DNA from: Corallococcus sp. AS-1-12
GTDB taxonomy: Bacteria > Myxococcota > Myxococcia > Myxococcales > Myxococcaceae
NCBI RefSeq assembly: GCF_020036995.1
Contig: NZ_JAIQDD010000010.1
Location: 225,433 to 289,432 of the forward strand
Length of the DNA stretch: 64,000 bases
Direction: 5' to 3'
Shown here one piece after another: positions 19,188 through 27,069 of this stretch. The number at the start of each line of letters is the position of its first letter. The stretch's first letter is position 1. The notes under the pieces are model-generated. The model saw nothing but the letters and a program-made list of their open reading frames with translations. It was not told the origin of the DNA and ran no database searches. Made by a program: the position numbers and the translations under genes.

Positions 19188-20243
19188 CTACGGCTGCTCG
19201 CGGCAGAGCGAGCGCAGGGCGGTGGTGATGTCGTTCTGCTGCGGCACGGACGCCATCTCCAGCGCGTCCGCCAGGCCGATGCCCGGGACGAACTTGCCGG
19301 CGACCAGCCGGGGCGGCGCGAGCAGCGAGTAGAACAGCTCCTCCACGGTGCGCCGGACCAGGTGCTCGCCGAAGTTGGTGACCTCGGTGTCCTCGTTGAC
19401 GAAGAGCACGCGGCCCGTCTTCTGGACGGAGGCCTTGATCATCTCCCAGTCGTACGGCCAGAGCGAGCGCAGGTCGATGACCTCCACGCTCAGGCCTTCC
19501 TCCGCCAACTGCGCGGCGGCCTTGATGCACAGGGGCATGGTGCGGCCGTAGCTGATGACCGTGGCCTGGGTGCCCTCGCGCACGAGCTTGCCCTTGCCAA
19601 TGGGGATGGCGAACGCCTCCACCAGCGGCCATTGGGGCTTCCACTGCGAGCGGTCACCCAGGGGCGCGTCGATCATCTTCGACAGCGCGCGGTCGTCGTC
19701 GGGCTCGCCCGGGATGCGCTCCTCGCCCTTCACGCGCAACAGCGCCTTGGGCTCCAGGAACATGACGGGGTTGGGGTCCTGGCACGCGGAGATGAGCAGG
19801 CCGTACGCGTCCAGCGGCGTGGAGGGCATGACGACCTTCCAGCCGGGGATGTGCGTCATCGTCGCGTCGAAGGAATGCGAGTGGTACAGCGACCCGCGGA
19901 TGCCGCTGCCCACGGGCGTGCGCACCACCATGGGCACCGCCCAGTCCCCGTTGGTGGCCCAGTGCGTGTTGCCCGCCAGCTTGAGCAGGTCGATGGTGTT
20001 GTAGATGTAGTCGCAGAACTGGATCTCCGCGACGGGGCGGTGGCCCGCCATCGCCAGGCCCATGGCCGTGCCGATGATGCCGCGCTCGTCCAGGGGGCTG
20101 TTCCACGCCGTCTTCAGGCCCTGCGTGCAGGTGAAGACGCCGCCCAGCGGGGCGCCCACGTCCTCGCCGAAGATGTCGGTGACGCCCAGGTTCTCTTCCG
20201 CGTAGTGCAGGGCCATCCGGATGGCCTGTGCCATGTTCGCCAT
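19188..20243 (-). CDS. 2-oxo-acid dehydrogenase E1 component, beta subunit (transketolase-like C-terminal subunit)
   Basis: Strong full-length similarity to PdhB/BkdA2/AcoB-type E1 beta (e.g. GEDVGAPLGGVFTCTQGL, EPKALL). Three nt downstream of the alpha subunit gene. Confidence 0.9.
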   Translation of the reverse strand: MANMAQAIRMALHYAEENLGVTDIFGEDVGAPLGGVFTCTQGLKTAWNSPLDERGIIGTAMGLAMAGHRPVAEIQFCDYIYNTIDLLKLAGNTHWATNGDWAVPMVVRTPVGSGIRGSLYHSHSFDATMTHIPGWKVVMPSTPLDAYGLLISACQDPNPVMFLEPKALLRVKGEERIPGEPDDDRALSKMIDAPLGDRSQWKPQWPLVEAFAIPIGKGKLVREGTQATVISYGRTMPLCIKAAAQLAEEGLSVEVIDLRSLWPYDWEMIKASVQKTGRVLFVNEDTEVTNFGEHLVRRTVEELFYSLLAPPRLVAGKFVPGIGLADALEMASVPQQNDITTALRSLCREQP

Positions 20244-20245
20244 GG

Positions 20246-21253
20246 TTACTTCTTCTCCGCGTAGATGTGGTCCCAGATGGAGTCGCCAGAGGGCTGCGGC
20301 TCGTCGCGCACGGTGCGCGCCGCGGCGGCCAGCTCCTCCGTGTAGCGGTTGCGCGCCTCGTCCATCTGCTTGCGGTCGAGGACGCCCTCCTGCTCCAGCC
20401 GCGCCTCGAACAGGCGCAGGCAGTCCTGCTCCTCGTTCACGAAGTTGGCGCCGGACGCGGACGAGTGCCCGTACAGGCGCGACACGCGCGCCTCGATGAA
20501 GTACGGCTTGCGCTCCTTGCGCACGTAGTCCATCGCGGCCTGGAGCTCCTGGTAGGACTCCACCGGATCATTGCCGTTGATGACCTTCGCCGGGATGTTG
20601 AAGGCGCGCGCGCGGTCCGCGATGTTCGTCTCGCCGTGCTGGCCGTCCGAGGTGGTGCTGATGCCCCACTTGTTGTTGGTGACGATGATCAGGATGGGCA
20701 GCGGGTTCGCCGGGCGGCTGCTCCAGATGAGGCAACTGGCGAAATCGCCCTCGGCCGTCCCCGCGTCGCCGCCGGTGACGATGCTGATGCCGTCGCCGCC
20801 GTGGCGCTTCTGGGCCATGGCCGTGCCCGGCGCGATGGCGTACTGCACCTCGATGGGGGAGGTGACGGGCGCGATGTTCTTCGAGCGCCGGCTGAAGTGG
20901 CCCGCGAAGTTGCGGCCGCCGGAGTAGGGGTCCGTGGCCGTGTTCTTCATCTGCCGCAGCGCCCCGATGGGCTCCTCGCCCATGGCGAGCAGCGTCGCGG
21001 ACTGGCGGTAGTGCGCGTGCAGGTAGTCGTAGGCCGGGCCCTCGCCGACCTTCATCAGCATGCCCAGGGGGACGTTGAACGCCTCCTCACCGGGGCCGCC
21101 GATCCAGAAGTAGCCGTGGCCCTGCTTGTACATCTGGATCAGGCGCTCCTCCAGGACGCGCGCCTTCACCATCAGGTCATGGATGCGGATGAGCTGCTCT
21201 CGGGGCAGGGAGAGCGGCGCGGAGTTTTCTTTGATCAACCGGGGCCGTGACAC
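20246..21253 (-). CDS. 2-oxo-acid dehydrogenase E1 component, alpha subunit (ThDP-binding)
   Basis: ThDP motif GDGxxxEG (GGDAGTAEGDF) and YGHSSASG. GTG start at 21253. Confidence 0.9.
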   Translation of the reverse strand: MSRPRLIKENSAPLSLPREQLIRIHDLMVKARVLEERLIQMYKQGHGYFWIGGPGEEAFNVPLGMLMKVGEGPAYDYLHAHYRQSATLLAMGEEPIGALRQMKNTATDPYSGGRNFAGHFSRRSKNIAPVTSPIEVQYAIAPGTAMAQKRHGGDGISIVTGGDAGTAEGDFASCLIWSSRPANPLPILIIVTNNKWGISTTSDGQHGETNIADRARAFNIPAKVINGNDPVESYQELQAAMDYVRKERKPYFIEARVSRLYGHSSASGANFVNEEQDCLRLFEARLEQEGVLDRKQMDEARNRYTEELAAAARTVRDEPQPSGDSIWDHIYAEKK

Positions 21254-21582
21254 GGGCGGAGGACCTCGAAGGGAAAGAAAGGGACGCCCCTATACTCCGA
21301 ACGCGGCCTCCCGGCTCAAGGACCTGTTGGCCGCCGTGTTCGCCAGCACCTTTCCGCCCCCGGGGTGGCGCGACGCGGCAATGAGCGGAACTCATCCATG
21401 CCCCGTGACGTGCTGTTCCAGGAGCGCTCCCGGTCCGGGTTGATCGCACGGCCGCTGAGGGGCCGGCGGAGGGAGCACCCGCGAGGAATTGCCCGACAGG
21501 TGGACTCCTCGCGTCAATCAGGAAGTGCGATACAGTCCGCCCCGCCCCGACCGCGTTCGTCACGACGCGGGCTCCCCCAGGT

Positions 21583-23388
21583 GTGCCTTTGTCCCGTACG
21601 AACACGCGCCTCGACCCCGTGCCCGAATCACCTGATGCGTCCGATGCGGCGCCCGGCACCCCGCCTCCTCCTCCGGAGTACACCGGCACGCATTCCCGGG
21701 AGCTCACCGCGCTGCGCGGGGAGCACACGGCCACCCGGCTGACGGGGGCGCTGGGGCTGCCGGCCGTGGAGCCCACGAGCACGGTCATCGCGCCCATGGA
21801 GGCCGGCGAGCTGCCCAACGTGGCGGCCATCCGCGGGCTTCGCTTGGATCAACTGCTGCTGCTCACCACGGGCGCGCTGGTCATCGTCATCGTGGGGCTG
21901 CTCGCCGCGCTGTCCGCGAAGACGACGGAGGCGCAGCTCACCGCGACGTCGGACCGCTTCACGCAGCGGCTCCAGTCCCAGGCGCGCGAGCTGGGCCAGA
22001 CGGTGAGCCACACGCTGGCGCTCACCTCCGCCACCAGCCTGCGTGACAACAACTACGCGTTCCTCACGGAGGTGGCGCGCTCCATCATCGCGGACAACCA
22101 CAACATCCTGCGCGTGCAGATGTTCGACGCGGACGGGCAGCTCGTCGCGGACAGCGACCCGGCCGCGAAGCTGGGCGAGTCCTCCGGAGGCCGCACCGCG
22201 GAGCGCCGCTGGGCCAGCGCCTTCTTCCAGGGCCAGCCCGTCTTCGAGTTCCAGGAGCCGCTCGACTACGGCTCGCAGGGCGGCAAGGGCGTGGTGGTCA
22301 TCAGCTACTCGCTGGAGGACCTGCAGAAGCAGCTCCACGAGCTGGAGGAGACCAACCGCGCCGCGGTGCGCGCCAACACGCTGCGCATCGTGGGGCTGGG
22401 CGTGGGCTTCGTCGTCTTGGCCGGCGTGCTGGCCGCCTTCCAGAGCCGCCGCATCACCAAGCCGCTGGGCGTGCTCACCCACCGCGTGATGCAGCTCGCC
22501 GCCGGTGACCTGGGCGCCCGCGCGGGCACGGCGCCGGGCGCGGGCCGCGAGGTGACGACGCTGGGCGTGGTGTTCAACCACATGGCGGAGCGCATCAAGG
22601 TCCTGCTGGAGGACGTGCGCGCCAAGGCGCAGTTGGAGCGCGAGGTGTCGCTCGCGCGCACGGTGCAGGAGACGCTCCTGCCGGGCCGCGAGGCCGTGAC
22701 GGTGGGGCCGCTGCGGCTGGCCGGGCTGGTGGTGCCCGCGGACGCGTGCGGCGGCGACTGGTGGTTCCGCGCCGCGCTGGACGACCGGCGCGTCGTCATT
22801 GGCATCGGAGACGTGACGGGCCACGGCCTGTCCACGTCACTGGTCGCCACCAGCGCCACCAGCGGCTTCGCCTCCGCCATGACGCTGCGCGAGCCGTCGC
22901 AGGTGCACGCGCAGATGCTCATCACCGCGCTCAACGTGACGCTGGCCAACGTGGGCCGCGGTGAGCACCAGATGTCCAGCGCGCTCGCGGTCATCGACGT
23001 GTACAGCGGCAGCATCGACTACGCGGCGGGCGCCCACCCGGCGGCGGCCATCTACAACCGGAACACGCGGCAGATGGCGTCGCTGCCGGCGCGCGGTCCG
23101 CTGCTGGGCGCGAACGTGGCGTCGCAGTTCACGTCGCGCCAGGCGCAGTTGAGCCCCGGCGACATCATCGTCTGGTACACGGACGGCCTCACGGAGGCGC
23201 GCGACGGCGCCAACCGGCTCTACGGCACGCAGCGGCTGGCCGCCGCGCTCCAGGCCCACGCCCACCTCCCCGCCGACGCCCTCCGCGACGCGCTCCTCGC
23301 GGACGTGCGCGCGTTCAGCGCCGGTCAGCCCCAGCGCGACGACATCACCGTCATCGTCGCCGAATTCAGCCCCGCCCCCTCGCCGTGA
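21583..23388 (+). CDS. Membrane-anchored HAMP-domain PP2C-family (SpoIIE/RsbU-like) Ser/Thr phosphatase
   Basis: TM helix, a periplasmic region, a second TM + HAMP, then PP2C motifs (GDVTGHGLS, DGLTEA, QRDDITV). The exact start is uncertain: GTG at 21583 or an internal ATG. Confidence 0.8.
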   Translation: MPLSRTNTRLDPVPESPDASDAAPGTPPPPPEYTGTHSRELTALRGEHTATRLTGALGLPAVEPTSTVIAPMEAGELPNVAAIRGLRLDQLLLLTTGALVIVIVGLLAALSAKTTEAQLTATSDRFTQRLQSQARELGQTVSHTLALTSATSLRDNNYAFLTEVARSIIADNHNILRVQMFDADGQLVADSDPAAKLGESSGGRTAERRWASAFFQGQPVFEFQEPLDYGSQGGKGVVVISYSLEDLQKQLHELEETNRAAVRANTLRIVGLGVGFVVLAGVLAAFQSRRITKPLGVLTHRVMQLAAGDLGARAGTAPGAGREVTTLGVVFNHMAERIKVLLEDVRAKAQLEREVSLARTVQETLLPGREAVTVGPLRLAGLVVPADACGGDWWFRAALDDRRVVIGIGDVTGHGLSTSLVATSATSGFASAMTLREPSQVHAQMLITALNVTLANVGRGEHQMSSALAVIDVYSGSIDYAAGAHPAAAIYNRNTRQMASLPARGPLLGANVASQFTSRQAQLSPGDIIVWYTDGLTEARDGANRLYGTQRLAAALQAHAHLPADALRDALLADVRAFSAGQPQRDDITVIVAEFSPAPSP

Positions 23389-23396
23389 CGAACCGC

Positions 23397-25910
23397 ATGC
23401 GCCCATTCATCCGCTCCCCGCGCCGCGTCTCCACCGCGCTCGCCCTGCTGGCCACCCTGGCCGGCCCTCCGGCGGCGCTCGCCCAGTTCCGCCCGCCGCC
23501 CGCCACCGAGGCGCAGCGCATGACGGAGCAGGGCGAGCAGGTCCTCGTGTCCGCCAACGCCGCGCTCGCGAAGGGCGACAAGAAGGAGGCCGAGGAGAAG
23601 TTCAAGAAGGCGCTCCAGCTCTTTGAACAATCGCTCGCGCAGGAGCCGCAGTCCGTGTTCGCCGCCGCGGGCCTGGGCAGCGCCGCCAACGCGCTCCAGG
23701 ACTTCCAGCGCACGGCGACGCGCCTGGCGCCGGTGTTCGCGCAGAACCCGCGGGACCTGTCGCTCGCGTACCCGCTGGGCACCGCGTACTTCAAGCTGCG
23801 CCGCTTCCAGGAGGCGGTGCCGGTGCTGGAGCAGGTGGCCGCCGCGGATCAGCCGGACCACCTCATCGTCCACTACTACCTGGCCAGCTATTACCTGTAC
23901 GTCCAGGACGGGAACCGGGCCGTGACGCGGCTGCAGCGCTACCTGGTGCTGCGCCCGGAGAAGCTCGCGGGCAACGACTTCCAGATCCACGAACTGCTGG
24001 GCAAGGCGCACCTCATCCGCCGGGACGCGGCCGCCGCGCGCGCCTCGTTCGAGAAGGCCCAGGCCGGCCGGGCGGAGTCGGCGACCGCGCAGATCGGCCT
24101 CGCGGCCGTGCTGGAGATGGAAGGCAAGGTCGCGGAGTCCCGCGCGCTCCTGGAGCGGCTGGTGACGAAGTTCCCGCAGGTGGCGGAGCCGAAGGAGCGC
24201 CTCGCGCGCCTGTACCTCGCCGCGGGCGACGTGCCGCGCGCGGACCTCCAGGCCACCGCCTTGATGAAGCTGGGCTCCACGCCCGCCGCGCACCTGTTGC
24301 TGGGTGACGTGCGGCTCGCGCAGAAGCAGCCCGCGCAGGCGGAGGCGGAGTTCCGCAAGGTGCTGGAGCTGCAGCCGGGCCTGCTGATGGGGCAGATCGC
24401 CGTGGGCAAGGCGCTCCAGGCGCAGGCGCGCCACGAGGAGGCCATCCAGTTCCTGGAGTCCGCCGTGAAGTCGGGCGGCGGCAGCCTGGAGCTGTGGGCG
24501 ACGCTGGGCTCCGTCAACCGCCGCGCCGGCCGCTACCAGCGCGCGGTGGAGGTGCACCGCCGCGTGGTGGAGATGGCCCCGCGTCAGGCGCTGGGGCACA
24601 TGCTGCTGGGCGCGGATCACTTCGCCACCGGCCAGTGGGACCAGGCCATCGAGGACTACGGCAGCGCGCTCCAGGCCGAACCCGGCCACCCCGGCGCGAA
24701 GCAGTGGCTGGCCCGGGCCCTGGCCCACCGCGCGCGCGACCGCGCCGGCACCCAGCGCCTGGAGGACGCCGTGCGCGACCTGCGCCGCGCGTATGACCTG
24801 GACCGCTCCGTGCCCATGGCCCGCCGGCTGGGCGCGGCGCTCCTGGACAGCCACCAGTTCGCGGAGGCCCGCAAGGTGCTGGAGGGCGCGGTGACGCTGC
24901 CGGGCGTGAGCTGGCGCGAGCACCTGCTGCTGGGCTACGCCCGGCTGGGCGGTGGCGACCCTCAAGCAGCGCTCGCCGCGTTCACCCAGTCCGGCGAGGC
25001 CACGCAGGAGCCGGATCAGCGCGCGGAGGCGTCCGCGGGCGCCGCGCTCGCGGAGGTGGAGCTGGGCCAGGTGGACGCCGCCGTGCAGCGGCTGACGGAC
25101 GCGGGCCCCTCCAAGACGGCCGCGAAGGTGGCGGAGGCGAACCTGCCCCGTGTGCTGGTGCGCCGGGCCCTGGCGAAGCTGGAGGCGGGCGACGCCGCCG
25201 CGGCGAACCGGGACCTGGACGCGGTGGACCGCCTGGGCACCGGCAAGCGCGCGGACCTGGCGAAGCTGGCCGCCTTCGCCCGGGCGCTCACGCGCGCGGA
25301 GGAGGGGCGGTTCGCGGAGGCCACCGCCGGCATCAAGCGCTCCCTCACGCCCGCGCCGGAGTGGGCGTGGCCCAACACGCGCGCGCTCGCGGACGCGTGG
25401 GTGCTCTACCGCCAGGGCAAGGTGGCGCCCTCGCGCAAGCTGCTCACCGCCGCCCAGAAGAAGCCCATGCCCGGGCAGCCGAAGTGGATGGGCAACCTCA
25501 CCGGCGCGCTGCTGCGGCGTGAGGCCGCGCTCGCGTACGCCTCCGGCAACATGAAGGCGTCCCAGAAGGCGCTGAAGGCCGCGCTCGCCGCGACGCCGGA
25601 CGACGCGCTGGTGCAGCACAACCTGGCGTGCGTGGACTGGCGCCAGGGCGACAGCGGCTCGGCGCTCGCGACGTGGAAGCGCCTGGAGACGTCCGTGCCC
25701 GTCGCCTCGCTCAACCTGGGCATCGACGCGCAGGAGCGCCGGCATGAACCCGCCGAGGCCGTGGACGCCTGGCGCCGCTACCTGGCCTCCGGCGCGGGCC
25801 TCCGCGCCGCCCAGGTGCGGGAATGGAAGGACCGCCTGCAGGGCCTCTATGGACTGGGTGACGCGCAGGGCGTCACGCCGGCCGCCGGGGTCGCGGAGGA
25901 GACGCCGTGA
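23397..25910 (+). CDS. Secreted tetratricopeptide-repeat (TPR) protein, ~838 aa
   Basis: Signal peptide MRPFIRSPRRVSTALALLATLAGPPAALA, then many TPR-like A/L-rich repeats. Its GTG/ATG start region overlaps the PP2C stop (GTGA). Confidence 0.8.
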   Translation: MRPFIRSPRRVSTALALLATLAGPPAALAQFRPPPATEAQRMTEQGEQVLVSANAALAKGDKKEAEEKFKKALQLFEQSLAQEPQSVFAAAGLGSAANALQDFQRTATRLAPVFAQNPRDLSLAYPLGTAYFKLRRFQEAVPVLEQVAAADQPDHLIVHYYLASYYLYVQDGNRAVTRLQRYLVLRPEKLAGNDFQIHELLGKAHLIRRDAAAARASFEKAQAGRAESATAQIGLAAVLEMEGKVAESRALLERLVTKFPQVAEPKERLARLYLAAGDVPRADLQATALMKLGSTPAAHLLLGDVRLAQKQPAQAEAEFRKVLELQPGLLMGQIAVGKALQAQARHEEAIQFLESAVKSGGGSLELWATLGSVNRRAGRYQRAVEVHRRVVEMAPRQALGHMLLGADHFATGQWDQAIEDYGSALQAEPGHPGAKQWLARALAHRARDRAGTQRLEDAVRDLRRAYDLDRSVPMARRLGAALLDSHQFAEARKVLEGAVTLPGVSWREHLLLGYARLGGGDPQAALAAFTQSGEATQEPDQRAEASAGAALAEVELGQVDAAVQRLTDAGPSKTAAKVAEANLPRVLVRRALAKLEAGDAAAANRDLDAVDRLGTGKRADLAKLAAFARALTRAEEGRFAEATAGIKRSLTPAPEWAWPNTRALADAWVLYRQGKVAPSRKLLTAAQKKPMPGQPKWMGNLTGALLRREAALAYASGNMKASQKALKAALAATPDDALVQHNLACVDWRQGDSGSALATWKRLETSVPVASLNLGIDAQERRHEPAEAVDAWRRYLASGAGLRAAQVREWKDRLQGLYGLGDAQGVTPAAGVAEETP

Positions 25911-26833
25911 AGACGCCATCCCTTGTCGCGCGGGGGAGCCTCCTGCTCGCCGCCGCGCTGTTCGCTGTTTCCGTCGCCAGCCCCGCCTCCGCCGCGCCGA
26001 AGAAGGCCACGCTGGGCGTGTTCCTCGCCACCACGCTGTCGGATGGCCAGGAGCGCTTCCAGTACGCGGAGGCGCTCGCCCAGAAGCTGGAGGCCAGCCT
26101 GGGCCGCCCCGTGGGCGCCAAGAGCTTCGGCCGCTACGAGGACTTCTCCAAGGCGGTGGGGGAGGGGCAGATCGACTTCGCCGTGGTGGACGGCTGGGCC
26201 GCGGTGCAACTGGGCGCCAGGGCGGAGGCGGTGGCGTACGCCCCGCGCGCCGGTGAGACGCAGCAGCGCTGGGCCATCATCTCCCTCCAGAAGGGCACCG
26301 TGAAGGACCTCGCCGGCAAGCGCATGGCGCTGGTCAAGGGCGCGGGCTCCTCGGACCCCAAGTTCGTCTCCCACGTGGTGCTGGGCGGCGACCTGGATGC
26401 CCAGAAGCACTTCAAGCTGGTGCCGGTGCCCAACGTGGAGTCGGCGGTGAAGATGCTGGAGGCCAAGGGCGCGGAGGCCGCGCTCGTGCCGGTGGCGCAC
26501 GTGCCCAGGGACATGCGGGTCCTCTTCAAGAGCACCCGGGTGCCGGGCGCCGTCCTGGTGGACCTGAAGGGCGGGGGAGACGCGTTGTCCCAGTCCCTGT
26601 CCTCCGTGGGTGCGGTGGCCCCGTTCGACGCCTTCACCCGCATCCAGGGCCGCGAGTTCGAGGACTTCCGCAAGCTCGTCACCCAGGGCCCCCCGCGCCG
26701 CCAGCCCGTCTTCGCGGACCCCCCCGACCTGAGGGTGGAGACCCCCGTGTTCGTCCAGTCCGAGTCGCTGGGTCCCGCGCTCCCGCCCTTCGCGGACGAC
26801 CTGGCCGTCTCCGCCGAACAGCCCGATGACTGA
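25907..26833 (+). CDS. Periplasmic substrate-binding protein, PhnD/SsuA-like fold (ABC-type SBP without adjacent permease or ATPase)
   Basis: Signal peptide; SBP-like region KRMALVKGAGSSDPKFVSHVVLGG. GTG start overlapping the TPR stop (GTGA at 25907-25910). Confidence 0.65.
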   Translation: MKTPSLVARGSLLLAAALFAVSVASPASAAPKKATLGVFLATTLSDGQERFQYAEALAQKLEASLGRPVGAKSFGRYEDFSKAVGEGQIDFAVVDGWAAVQLGARAEAVAYAPRAGETQQRWAIISLQKGTVKDLAGKRMALVKGAGSSDPKFVSHVVLGGDLDAQKHFKLVPVPNVESAVKMLEAKGAEAALVPVAHVPRDMRVLFKSTRVPGAVLVDLKGGGDALSQSLSSVGAVAPFDAFTRIQGREFEDFRKLVTQGPPRRQPVFADPPDLRVETPVFVQSESLGPALPPFADDLAVSAEQPDD

Positions 26834-27069
26834 TTGCGCCGTGAGCTGATCCGCGTGGGGCGCCCCCGCCGCCCCGCGCATGTTTCAGCGCGATCGACAG
26901 CCATGACTTGGCCTAAGGCGAGTTATTGCGGTAATTTGAGAAGTCGAGCGGAACGCCACCGTTCAGGGGTGGAAACTCGTCCCTGAGAACGATTGCCAGT
27001 CGCACCGGCTCTGGATCCTGGCGCAACGACCGCGGACATCCCTGCTTCCCCCTCGTGGAATTGAGAACG

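Noticed and set aside
26834-27069. Possible cobalamin riboswitch upstream of the TonB-dependent receptor (GCCACCG / GGTGGAAACTC resemble B12-box elements)
   Set aside because: The B12 box consensus GCCACUG and the surrounding conserved helices are not reproduced. Only short, partial resemblances are present, so it is more likely an ordinary promoter/5'UTR.
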